A stretch of 64,000 nucleotides of DNA from Minisyncoccota bacterium (GTDB taxonomy: Bacteria; Patescibacteriota; Minisyncoccia; Phycocordibacterales; UBA9973), in the NCBI GenBank assembly GCA_041662525.1, contig JBAZSF010000001.1, positions 41,383 through 105,382 on the forward strand, written 5' to 3'. Made by a program: the position numbers and the translations under genes. The notes under the pieces are model-generated. The model worked only from the letters and a program-made list of their open reading frames with translations. It searched no databases and was not told where the DNA came from. Of this stretch, positions 8,036-16,967 are shown in pieces (within the stretch, counting starts at the first letter, position 1; each line of letters begins with the position of its first letter).

Positions 8036-8308
8036 ACTCTTAGTCCTCCCTTTATTTATTTATCAATTTACAAATTATATTTCTTAAAAAGAAACACCAG
8101 TCTTTTTAAAAGGCTGGTGTTTGGATTGTAGTTTTTAGAGATTATATTTACAGTTCAAAAATCAGCCTTTTAAATTAAAAGCTGAACAACAACAAACAAA
8201 CATAGTTGTGGAAGAAAAACTCTTTTGTATTACTTCTTCATTCATGATCAATGTATAGCATTTATCAAATTATATGTAAAGTGTTTCTGTTGGTGTTATA
8301 ATTAATTT

Positions 8309-9523
8309 ATGGAAAATAATGATTATAATATATGGCTTGAAGGAATAGAACGCGTAAAATATCCGCGAGATGTTTTGCCTGATGAGATAGAGACTTTAAT
8401 CGTGGGCGGAGGTATTACTGGAATAACTTGCGCATATTTACTGGCCAAAGATGGAAGACAAGTAGTTTTACTAGAAAAAAGAAAATTGGGAGAATGGATA
8501 ACCTACTGCACTACAGGTTTTTTGACGCAAGTGATAGACACAGATCCAGTTAGATTAATAAAATTATTCGGGGAAGAAAAAGCTCGTCTCATTTTCGCCT
8601 CACATCTAGAGGCCATAAATAATATAGAGAATATAATAAAATCTGAAATGATTGAATGCGAATTTAAACGTTGCAGTGATTATGTTTATGCCAACAGTAA
8701 AAAAGAAGAGAAAAAGCTTATAAAAATGGCAGAAACCTTCAAAAAGTTGAACGTAAAATGCGAATATAAAAAAGATAATAATTTAAACTTCTCCAAGTTT
8801 GGTTATATTGAAATGCCCAACCAGGCAAAATTTCACGTGATGAAATATCTAACTGCTTTGGCTAAAATAGCGAACGAACATGGCGCGATAATAGCTGAAG
8901 ACACAGAAGTTTTGAGCTTAAATGATAAAAAGGATTTTGTGGAGGTTGTAGTAAAAGATGTCGGAACCATAAAAGCCCGAAAAGTTTTTTCAGCCACCCA
9001 TAACCCTTTTGGGAAGCCATCTCATCTAATACATAAAATAAATACATATCGCACCTATGTTCTAGAATATAATATTCCGGTAAATTCTATTGTTGAGGCC
9101 ACCTATGAGGACAGTTTAAAACCATATCATTATTTTAGAATTGACCCGAAAAATGGTTTTGATAGAATGATTATCGGCGGTGCAGATCACTTAAATGTGA
9201 TTCAGATGAACAGGGAATTAAATTTCGAGACAATGAGAAATTATGTAAAAGAAATATTCAGAAAGACGTTTGAATATTCAGGCCTTGAAGAGATGCGCCA
9301 TTGGTCCGGAGTTATATTAGAGCCAGTCGATGGAATTGCTTTTCTAGGGGAATTAAAAGATAGTAATATTTTCCAAGCTTTTGCTTTTTCAGGAAATGGG
9401 ATGACTTATAGTTACATCGCTAGTAAAATCTTTTTTGATAAACTAACTTCACAAAAAAATATTTATACAGAAATTTATGATATCAAACGTAAAATTTCAT
9501 GGAGAGCAAATATCTTTGGTTAA
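8309..9523 (+). CDS. FAD-dependent oxidoreductase (DAO / glycine-oxidase-like family)
   Basis: N-terminal dinucleotide fold LIVGGGITGITCAYLLAKDGRQVVLLEK; ~400 aa. Confidence 0.7.
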   Translation: MENNDYNIWLEGIERVKYPRDVLPDEIETLIVGGGITGITCAYLLAKDGRQVVLLEKRKLGEWITYCTTGFLTQVIDTDPVRLIKLFGEEKARLIFASHLEAINNIENIIKSEMIECEFKRCSDYVYANSKKEEKKLIKMAETFKKLNVKCEYKKDNNLNFSKFGYIEMPNQAKFHVMKYLTALAKIANEHGAIIAEDTEVLSLNDKKDFVEVVVKDVGTIKARKVFSATHNPFGKPSHLIHKINTYRTYVLEYNIPVNSIVEATYEDSLKPYHYFRIDPKNGFDRMIIGGADHLNVIQMNRELNFETMRNYVKEIFRKTFEYSGLEEMRHWSGVILEPVDGIAFLGELKDSNIFQAFAFSGNGMTYSYIASKIFFDKLTSQKNIYTEIYDIKRKISWRANIFG

Positions 9524-9540
9524 AATTACGAAACTTGTTG

Positions 9541-9825
9541 CAGGCGTACTTTTTAGAAAGCCTTGCGCAGGCGGACGCGCCGAGCAGTTCGCTGGCGAAG
9601 CTTCGCCAGATAGATTGCTTTATAAAAAGTTATGCCAAGAAAGAGTTTCGTAATTAGATCTGAATTAAGAAACATAAACTTTTCTTCGGTACAGATTTTT
9701 TGAAGCTTAAAAAATCCTGCACGCCCCGCCAAAGGCGAGGCTCCGCCCAAAGGCGGGCCGAGGGAAGTTCTCGGCTCGACAGCCTACGAAACCCCGCAAA
9801 AAGTTATGTTTCTTAATTCAGGATG
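9541..9825. repeat. composite GC-rich structured element: 18-bp perfect palindrome (9592-9609), 18-bp terminal inverted repeats CTGAATTAAGAAACATAA (9660-9677 / 9804-9821) enclosing GC-rich hairpins, and direct repeat AAAAAGTTATG (9624 / 9798)
   Basis: ctggcgaagcttcgccag is a perfect palindrome. gatctgaattaagaaacataa and its reverse complement (ttatgtttcttaattcagga) flank a core containing ccgcccaaaggcgg and ccgagggaagttctcgg hairpins. The local GC content is far above the genome background. Confidence 0.55.
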
Positions 9826-9838
9826 TTATACTTAAAAA

Positions 9839-10927
9839 ATGTTTTTCATAGACCCCATTCGTAATTTTTATGGCAGGTTTGAACGGCCCATTTCATCTAT
9901 ATCCCTTGTTGGGGGTTTCGTTTTTGATGCTCTCACGCTCAAGCGCTTGGATACCCTTTGGGAGAATTTATGGGTTTTAGGTCACCTTCTTATTGTTGGA
10001 ATTTTTATTACTTTAATTCATCTGCACGAAAACGAAGTTGGTGGTGAAAAAAATCCTCAAAAAGCGCATTTCTGGTATGTGAATATTTTACAGTTTTTCT
10101 TTGGGGGAATTCTCTCGACTTATTTAGTTTTCTATTTTCGTAGTGCCGATATCTTTGTCACTTGGCCTTTTATTGTTCTCCTTGTTGGTGCTTTTATCGC
10201 CAATGAATCTTTAAAACGACATTACATCAGGCTTAGTTTTCAAATAAGCTTATTTTTTCTTTCGATTTACTCATTTGCCATTTTTTTAGTACCTGTAATT
10301 TTACACAAGATTGGCACCTGGGTATTTCTACTTTCAGGATTTCTTAGTTTAATTTTTATTGTCCTATTTCTTAAAATCTTATTTCACTTTATCAAAGATA
10401 AATTTAAAGAGAGTAAAAGATTGATAATTTCTTTAATTTTGGGGATTTTTATTTTAATTAATTTTCTATATTTTACCAATTTAATTCCTCCGATTCCTTT
10501 GTCTTTAAAAGATGCGGGGATGTATCACTCAATCCAAAAAAATACAGAAGGGAACTACGATATTACTTTTGAAGATTATGGCTGGAAAGGATACTTCAAT
10601 TTATATCCAGGATTTAAACAAGTTTCTGGAGAGCCCGTTTATGCTTTTAGCGCTATTTTCTCTCCAAAAAAACTAAACCTCACAATCATTCACGAATGGC
10701 AACATTATGATGAAAATGAAAAGAACTGGGTGACTGAAAGAATAATAAATCTACCCGTCATAGGCGGGCGAGATGGTGGTTTCCGTACTTATTCTATGCG
10801 TTACAACTTAGCCCTAGGAAAATGGAGGGTAAATGTAAAAACCCAACAAGGTCAAACTATTGGGGTTTTAAGATTTAAAATTATAGAAGCAGATACAGAA
10901 CCTATGCTTACTGCTGGGGTAAAATAG
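9839..10927 (+). CDS. polytopic membrane protein with extracytoplasmic C-terminal domain, function unknown
   Basis: 362 aa; ~6 TM helices in the first 220 aa, then a soluble domain. Confidence 0.5.
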   Translation: MFFIDPIRNFYGRFERPISSISLVGGFVFDALTLKRLDTLWENLWVLGHLLIVGIFITLIHLHENEVGGEKNPQKAHFWYVNILQFFFGGILSTYLVFYFRSADIFVTWPFIVLLVGAFIANESLKRHYIRLSFQISLFFLSIYSFAIFLVPVILHKIGTWVFLLSGFLSLIFIVLFLKILFHFIKDKFKESKRLIISLILGIFILINFLYFTNLIPPIPLSLKDAGMYHSIQKNTEGNYDITFEDYGWKGYFNLYPGFKQVSGEPVYAFSAIFSPKKLNLTIIHEWQHYDENEKNWVTERIINLPVIGGRDGGFRTYSMRYNLALGKWRVNVKTQQGQTIGVLRFKIIEADTEPMLTAGVK

Positions 10928-10933
10928 AAAAAA

Positions 10934-11503
10934 TTATTTATTGATTTCTTCCAAAAGACTTTCGGTATTTTGTCCTACATAGAGAATCGTTTTAAGATTT
11001 GAACATTTTTGAGGATCAAGATTTTCAAAATGACGAGCTACATCATCAATAAAAATTACTTTCTCATTCTTGTTTTCTAAACATATTTTTTCTACAGCAT
11101 CTTTTTTACTTTCTCCTCTTATGTGAATTTCAGAAAATAAAGAAGCAAGTCCGCTTCTTTCTACTTTGTCTTTTTGATGTTCGTATCCTCCATAAGTTAC
11201 TAAATAACAATTTTCTTTTCCAAATTTTTGCACAAGATTCACCAATTCAGTATTAATAAAATTAGGACACTCGCTCATTATTTCTTCGTGTAATTCAACA
11301 GGATTAATATCTTTCTTATTTTCAAGATTTATTAGTTCAGATATAAAATCTTTTAAAGAAAATTCTCCACCTCGTACTTTTTTATAATATGCTTCTGCTG
11401 TGTCATAAGGTATGCCTGCTTTATCTAAGCAGGAATATATCCGCTTTTTTAGTTTTTCACTATTGTAAAATAACACGTCATCAAAATCAAAAATAAATTT
11501 CAT
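10934..11503 (-). CDS. HAD-superfamily-like hydrolase
   Basis: FDFDDVLF (motif I, DxDx[TV]) and VIFIDDV (motif IV). Confidence 0.5.
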   Translation of the reverse strand: MKFIFDFDDVLFYNSEKLKKRIYSCLDKAGIPYDTAEAYYKKVRGGEFSLKDFISELINLENKKDINPVELHEEIMSECPNFINTELVNLVQKFGKENCYLVTYGGYEHQKDKVERSGLASLFSEIHIRGESKKDAVEKICLENKNEKVIFIDDVARHFENLDPQKCSNLKTILYVGQNTESLLEEINK

Positions 11504-11589
11504 CCCAGTACTAAAATTTTAATTAATAATCTTTATCCTTATGTCCCATAATCAAAAATTTAGTACGGGACAGGTATATTTAATATAGC

Positions 11590-11640
11590 ACAAAAAAAAC
11601 AAGCCCACTTACAACAACATAGTCGTGTAAGCAGGCTTGT
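11590..11640 (-). terminator. rho-independent terminator after the pfkB-family gene
   Basis: Minus-strand hairpin acaagcctgcttac-loop-gtaagtgggcttgt followed by an 8-T run (plus strand caaaaaaaac). Confidence 0.7.
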
Positions 11641-11668
11641 GATATTAATGATATTTTGAATCTATATT

Positions 11669-12595
11669 TTACCTTAACTGATGGCGTGAAGGGCCATTCC
11701 CTCCGCCTGCCATTGTGATTTTCTTTCCCGCGACTCGTGCCGCGAAATTAATCACCCCCATAAATTGTTTTAACTGAATAGTCAAAACGGATTCTCTAAG
11801 CCTAACAAGCTCAGAGATCATTGCTCCGAGGAACCAATCCCCGGCACCTGTCTCAAATCTACCGCCTGAAAAACTGACGGGTTTAAACGAAATACGGTAA
11901 TTAGAGAAGGAAAATATGCCTCCTTCTTTGTCATGAGTTACCACAACAATCTTGGGGCCACATTTGTGTATTTGTGAGAACCCCATCCCTGTTTCTTCAA
12001 ACTCGCGCTTATTCAGCACAAGTAGATCCACCAAGGGCAGGATCTTTTTAAACTCTTTGTTTGCACAAAGAGTGTCTTTCGCGTTCAGAACACGAAAGCC
12101 TTTCTTTACCTTTGCCTGAGACAGAAGTGCCTTAGCAAATAGTATTTCTACAGCTCTGAGACCGGTAATGACGACGAAGGTCTGCGGACCAATACCTATT
12201 TCCGGTCCAGCAAGAATCCGTAATGCCTGAGGCAGCTCAGAGTGTACAATGTCTCCCTTTTTGCCCCAAACCTCGTCATTACTTTCCCCAATAACGGGAA
12301 TGATGGCGTGGTTGGTCTCACTGAGGATCGGAATTGCGGTGAAAGGCACTTTGCCTTTCAAGACAGCGCTTCTCAAAAGAACATCTGCAACATCTTCTTT
12401 TTCATAAGCTGAAACAAGACCAAGAAGATGAGGACATCCGCCTAAACACTTAATTGCTGTAGCTGTGTTGCCCGATGATCCACTCAGGCAACAAGTCATA
12501 CACTTCAAAACCTTCTTTGGTCCTGGTGTATTTTCAATCACCAGTTCCATCTCGGGATTTACCGAAACCCCAATCACTGCATCAAATTTTTTCAT
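11669..12595 (-). CDS. PfkB-family carbohydrate/nucleoside kinase (ribokinase-like)
   Basis: C-terminal TGAGDWFLGAM (PfkB signature 2). Start moved to the ATG at 12595, which is preceded by AAAGGAGG; the ORF-track start at 12619 is a TTG. Confidence 0.75.
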   Translation of the reverse strand: MKKFDAVIGVSVNPEMELVIENTPGPKKVLKCMTCCLSGSSGNTATAIKCLGGCPHLLGLVSAYEKEDVADVLLRSAVLKGKVPFTAIPILSETNHAIIPVIGESNDEVWGKKGDIVHSELPQALRILAGPEIGIGPQTFVVITGLRAVEILFAKALLSQAKVKKGFRVLNAKDTLCANKEFKKILPLVDLLVLNKREFEETGMGFSQIHKCGPKIVVVTHDKEGGIFSFSNYRISFKPVSFSGGRFETGAGDWFLGAMISELVRLRESVLTIQLKQFMGVINFAARVAGKKITMAGGGNGPSRHQLR

Positions 12596-12796
12596 AACCT
12601 TTCCTCCTTTATCTTTCAACCACCAAGGGTGGCCGTTTTTATTTTGTACTCAAGCAACAAGTATAGAAATCTAATTCTAGAATAATAAAAATACAATTAT
12701 CCTGTCAAATATGTAGAAAATTTACTTTAAATTTTAGTATAAAAACCTAATAAATAAAGGTTTTAAGTGATATATTAATAAACTGTAGATGAAAAA

Positions 12797-12825
12797 TTGA
12801 CAAATTAGTCATAAAAATATAGTAT
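12797..12825 (+). promoter_or_regulatory. sigma70-like promoter TTGACA-17-TAGTAT ending 8 nt before the trmB ATG (leaderless)
   Basis: ttgacaaattagtcataaaaatatagtat at 12797-12825; ATG at 12834, no SD. Confidence 0.5.
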
Positions 12826-12833
12826 TCAAATAT

Positions 12834-13595
12834 ATGCAAATTCAAGTTGTCTTAAAAAATTTTGGTCTTTCAGAAAAAGAAATAGCAGTGTATTTGGCTT
12901 TAATAGAGCTCGGGTCTTCTTCAGTGCGAACTATATCCCAAAAAGCAAAAATAAATCGTGGTACTACTTATGATATTTTAAAATCCTTGATCAATCTTGG
13001 TATCATTTCCTATTACAATAAAGAATCAAAACAATATTTTATCGCTGAACGGCCGGAGACCTTGCTCGCAGTGATAGATAAAAAACAAGAAGAATTAAAA
13101 GAGGTTAAAGAAAATATTGAAGAAAACCTGCCTCTTTTTAAAACCATCTTTGAAAAACAAGGAGGTAAGCCAGTGGTGAAATTGTATGAGGGATTGATAG
13201 GTATCAGGCATATCTTGGAGGATGTATTGAAAAGTATGGATAGAGTAAAAGATAAGACTTACTATGTCTATTCTTCTTCAACGGTAAGAAAAAATGTGCA
13301 TCAGGCGATGAAAGATTTTAGTAAAAAAAGAATAAGGAGAAAAATCAAGGTAAAGACTATTGCTCTAGGTGAAGGAGGCGATACGGTGGGTCTTGATGAA
13401 AGAAAATGGATGGAATTACCAAATATGAAAGGGCAAGAAAATTTACGCTCTACGTATGAAATAATTTATGGCGGGAATAAAGTAGCGCATATCAGCCTCG
13501 ACAATGCAGAAAATCCAGTCGGGGTAGTGATAGAAAATCAAGAAATTTATCATACGCAAAAATTAATCTTTGAATATAATTGGAAAAAGTTGTAA
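12834..13595 (+). CDS. TrmB-family transcriptional regulator
   Basis: N-terminal winged HTH (LSEKEIAVYLALIELGSSSVRTISQKAKINRGTTYDILKSL) plus C-terminal TrmB-type domain; 253 aa. Confidence 0.7.
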   Translation: MQIQVVLKNFGLSEKEIAVYLALIELGSSSVRTISQKAKINRGTTYDILKSLINLGIISYYNKESKQYFIAERPETLLAVIDKKQEELKEVKENIEENLPLFKTIFEKQGGKPVVKLYEGLIGIRHILEDVLKSMDRVKDKTYYVYSSSTVRKNVHQAMKDFSKKRIRRKIKVKTIALGEGGDTVGLDERKWMELPNMKGQENLRSTYEIIYGGNKVAHISLDNAENPVGVVIENQEIYHTQKLIFEYNWKKL

Positions 13596-13602
13596 AAAAA
13601 AA

Positions 13603-13627
13603 TTAGGGAAAGCAGAGCTCTCCCTAA
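13603..13627. terminator. terminator hairpin between convergent genes
   Basis: ttagggaaagcagagctctccctaa followed by cgagtatctttttt. Confidence 0.6.
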
Positions 13628-13644
13628 CGAGTATCTTTTTTCTA

Positions 13645-13899
13645 TTATTTTTTATTCTTTTTTTGCATTCTCTTCCATCGAGAAATTGCTCTTTGGGCCG
13701 CTGTTTCCTCAGAGAGGTAAACCGACCCCTCTGACTCCTTGTTTGTTTTAGGTACCAGGAAAGAAATCCTGACCCCTTTTATTGTCCTGGTTATTTTTAC
13801 TCCAGGTAGAACTCTCATAGCCTCCTTGGTTGCAGAACCCAATCTGAATAAATCTGTTTTCATAAAGAACCTCCTTCTAGATTTTTTAAAACCATACAA
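13645..13899 (-). CDS. small basic hypothetical protein
   Basis: 84-aa ORF with a K/R-rich C-terminus; no recognisable motif. Confidence 0.3.
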   Translation of the reverse strand: MYGFKKSRRRFFMKTDLFRLGSATKEAMRVLPGVKITRTIKGVRISFLVPKTNKESEGSVYLSEETAAQRAISRWKRMQKKNKK

Positions 13900-13979
13900 T
13901 AACTTTAAATAAAAAGCAATAGCTAATAAATTATTCGTATTTATTTGTATTTGATTTTCCTATAAGGTAATATGTATTT

Positions 13980-16967
13980 ATGATTTCCCGAATATATGTA
14001 GCGTCCAAAGGAAAAGCTGACTTTATTAACTCTTACTTAATTTCCCATAAGTTGGGGAATGACAAAATCCTGAAAATCGCGGAAGCTCTAACAAACCCTA
14101 TCCTTGAAGAATTTTCTATAAATAAATTCCCAGCGACAGCTAAATTTTCTTATGCCATAGAAATAGGTTTCAAGCCAGGAGTCACAGACAATGTCGGGCA
14201 TACTGTGGAGGAAACTATTATGGACTTATTGCATATTGCTCCGGACGTTGGACGTCGGGGATTCGGACGTCCAACGTCCGGAGCTGATTTAGCAGTTTAT
14301 ACTTCTAAAATTTATTTAGTTTCTAATTCTAAAACAGAAGAGGTTGAGAAGATAGCTCTCTCGCTACATAATCCTCTGATTGAGCGTTCACATATCATAA
14401 GTATTTCTGATTTAAAAAAGAAAGGTTTACCATTAGAAGTTCCTAAAGTCATTTTGAAAAAGGCTACCCCAGTCATAAATGTCTCTCTTGATGTATCTGA
14501 CGAAGAACTTATAAAAATCGGTAGTGGAGGAATAATGGATGATAAGACAAAAGAAAGACGCGGTCCTTTGGCTCTTGATTTAGCGTCAATGAAAGTAATC
14601 CAAGAACATTTCAAAAAATTGAAAAGGGAGCCGACTGATATTGAGCTAGAATCTTTGGCACAAACTTGGTCTGAGCATTGCAAACATACTATTTTTGCAA
14701 ATCCTATCGATGACATCAAAGACGGTTTATATAAAACATATATAAAAGGCGCAACGAATTTAATTCGCAAACAAAAAGGAGCAAAAGATTTTTGTGTTTC
14801 TGTATTTAGTGATAATTCTGGAGGAATTATTTTTGATAAGGATTATTTAATTACTCATAAAGTAGAAACACACAATAGTCCTTCAGCTCTAGATCCATTT
14901 GGTGGAGCCATCACTGGCATCGTAGGTGTAAACCGGGACACAATAGGCTTCGGACTAGGCGCTAAACCGGTAGCTAATCTTTATGGTTTTTGCTTCGGTA
15001 ACCCTGAAGATAAAAGATCACTCTTTCGTGATAAAAATCTAACTCAAAAAATGCTTTCACCGAAAAGAATTATGGAGGGTGTAGTAAAAGGAATAAATGT
15101 TGGTGGAAATTGTTCTGGTATACCGACTCTTTCTGGTTTCGTTCGTTATGATGATAGATATAGAGGAAAGCCTTTGGTTTTTGCTGGTACGGTAGGGTTG
15201 ATTCCAAGAAATTTACCAGCCTCACCGAGTCTAGGCGGGCCCACCTTGGAAGGAAAAAAAAGGCTTTCACATCTCAAAAAAGCGCAAAACGGAGATTATG
15301 TCGTAGTTGTCGGAGGGAGAGTAGGTCTAGATGGTATTCATGGGGCGACTTTTTCTTCAGTGGTGATGGATTCAAGTTCTCCGGCGACTGCAGTGCAAAT
15401 CGGTGACCCAATAACTCAGAAAAAATTAAGTGATGCATTAATCAAAGAAGCGCGAGATCTGAATTTATATAACAGCATCACAGACAATGGCGCTGGAGGA
15501 ATTTCTTGTTCAGTTGCTGAAATGGCAAAAGAATGTGGCGGTGCAAAAGTTTCTTTAGAAAAAGTTCCATTAAAATACCCCGATCTTCGTCCATGGGAAA
15601 TTTGGATTTCAGAATCACAGGAACGTATGACTTTATCTGTGCCAAAGAAAAAATGGAATTTATTTAAAGAATTAATGGAAAAGAGAGGAGTAGAAGCTAC
15701 TATCATTGGAGAATTCACAAATTCTGGTAAATGTATTGTGGAATATTCTAATAAAAAAATCATGGATATTCCTATGGATTTTTTGCATGATGGTTTGCCG
15801 GAACAGCATTTATATACAAAACCCATTCAATTCACCTCTCCCCAAACCCCTCTCCATTATTTAGATAATGGAGAGGGGAAAGCAAGGGGTGAGGATTATA
15901 CGAAAGCCTTAGAAAAATTACTCGGTAGTAAAAATATCAGTGGATTTTCTTTTATTTCAGAGCAGTATGATCACGAAGTTCAAGGATCTTCTGTTTTAAA
16001 ACCACTCTCTGGACGAGGTCGTATCAATACCGATGCACAAGTTTTTCAGCCTGTTTTAAATTCAAACAAAGGAGTCATTCTATCTTCGAGCACTTATCCT
16101 TCATATGGAGACATTAGTACTTATCATATGGCCGCCTGCGCTATCGATAATGCTATTAGAAATACTCTTTGCGCTGGTGGAACACTTACACACTTAGCAA
16201 TTTTGGACAATTTCTGCTGGTGTTCATCCTATGATCAAACACGTTTAGCACAGCTCGTAGATTCAGTAAAAGCTTGTTACGACTATGCCGTCGGTTATGG
16301 AACACCCTTTATTTCTGGTAAGGATAGTATGTTTAATGACTTTAGGGGTTACGATAGTGACGGTAACCATGTGACTGTTTCTATCCCACCGACACTTCTT
16401 ATTTCAACGATTAGTGTTATGCCCGATTTAAATAAAACTGTTTCTCCAGAATTTAAAAATATAGGTGATATAATTTATTTATTAGGAGAAACAAATGATG
16501 AACTCGGAGGAGGAGAATATCTTAAAATGCTTGGAGCTATTGGCAACATTGTGCCCAAAGTAAATTTAAAAAAGAATATCAAAACTTATCGCGCCCTAGA
16601 AAAAGCAATTCAAAAAGAATTAATAGTTTCGGCAATGTCTGTTAATTCTGGCGGGCTGGCTATAGCACTCGCCAAAGCATGCGTAGGAGGAATGGTTGGA
16701 TGTAATGTTTCCCTTGACCCCATAGGCAAGATCTATGGGGTAGATGTAAAACTTTTCTCTGAAAGTCAGGGAAGGATTTTAGTTTCTGTAAATCCTAAAA
16801 ATATTTTAGGATTTGAAAAATTAATGAAGAATATTTTTTATGCCAAGTTGGGCAAAGTGGCCAAAGATAGTAAATTTGTTATTACGGATGGAAATAAAAA
16901 GATAATTGAAACAAGTGTAAAAAAATTGCACGATGCTTATCATAAATTTTCTAACTCACAAAAATGA
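13980..16967 (+). CDS. purL: phosphoribosylformylglycinamidine synthase subunit PurL with ~180-aa N-terminal (PurS-like) extension
   Basis: REPTDIELESLAQTWSEHCKHTIF and THNSPSALDPFGGAITGIVGVNRD motifs. The FGAM-synthetase core starts at about residue 215. No glutaminase domain (a separate purQ follows). Confidence 0.9.
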   Translation: MISRIYVASKGKADFINSYLISHKLGNDKILKIAEALTNPILEEFSINKFPATAKFSYAIEIGFKPGVTDNVGHTVEETIMDLLHIAPDVGRRGFGRPTSGADLAVYTSKIYLVSNSKTEEVEKIALSLHNPLIERSHIISISDLKKKGLPLEVPKVILKKATPVINVSLDVSDEELIKIGSGGIMDDKTKERRGPLALDLASMKVIQEHFKKLKREPTDIELESLAQTWSEHCKHTIFANPIDDIKDGLYKTYIKGATNLIRKQKGAKDFCVSVFSDNSGGIIFDKDYLITHKVETHNSPSALDPFGGAITGIVGVNRDTIGFGLGAKPVANLYGFCFGNPEDKRSLFRDKNLTQKMLSPKRIMEGVVKGINVGGNCSGIPTLSGFVRYDDRYRGKPLVFAGTVGLIPRNLPASPSLGGPTLEGKKRLSHLKKAQNGDYVVVVGGRVGLDGIHGATFSSVVMDSSSPATAVQIGDPITQKKLSDALIKEARDLNLYNSITDNGAGGISCSVAEMAKECGGAKVSLEKVPLKYPDLRPWEIWISESQERMTLSVPKKKWNLFKELMEKRGVEATIIGEFTNSGKCIVEYSNKKIMDIPMDFLHDGLPEQHLYTKPIQFTSPQTPLHYLDNGEGKARGEDYTKALEKLLGSKNISGFSFISEQYDHEVQGSSVLKPLSGRGRINTDAQVFQPVLNSNKGVILSSSTYPSYGDISTYHMAACAIDNAIRNTLCAGGTLTHLAILDNFCWCSSYDQTRLAQLVDSVKACYDYAVGYGTPFISGKDSMFNDFRGYDSDGNHVTVSIPPTLLISTISVMPDLNKTVSPEFKNIGDIIYLLGETNDELGGGEYLKMLGAIGNIVPKVNLKKNIKTYRALEKAIQKELIVSAMSVNSGGLAIALAKACVGGMVGCNVSLDPIGKIYGVDVKLFSESQGRILVSVNPKNILGFEKLMKNIFYAKLGKVAKDSKFVITDGNKKIIETSVKKLHDAYHKFSNSQK
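14238..14284. repeat. 47-nt perfect GC-rich palindrome inserted in frame in purL
   Basis: gctccggacgttggacgtc-ggggattcg-gacgtccaacgtccggagc has a 19-bp perfect stem and encodes APDVGRRGFGRPTSGA within the N-terminal domain. Confidence 0.7.

Noticed and set aside
9553-9750. 65-aa ORF on the minus strand inside the GC-rich composite element
   Set aside because: It lies entirely within palindromic/hairpin GC-rich repeat sequence with no SD. It encodes low-complexity Arg/Ala-rich peptide, typical of spurious ORFs in GC-rich repeats.
9541-9825. RNase P RNA, tmRNA or SRP RNA hidden in the GC-rich islands
   Set aside because: Signature motifs absent (GGAAAGUCCGG/ACAGAAC for RNase P; GGGGCUGAUUCUGGAUUCGAC 5' end and tRNA-like 3' end for tmRNA; GGUGCUGUUUACCAGGUCAGGUCCGGAAGGAAGCAGC for SRP RNA).
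13900-13979. Purine riboswitch or PurR box upstream of purL, purE or purH
   Set aside because: I looked for the guanine-aptamer core (UAUA...GGGA.UAUGGCCC...CCGUAAAUU) and for a pur-box palindrome. Neither is present in these spacers.
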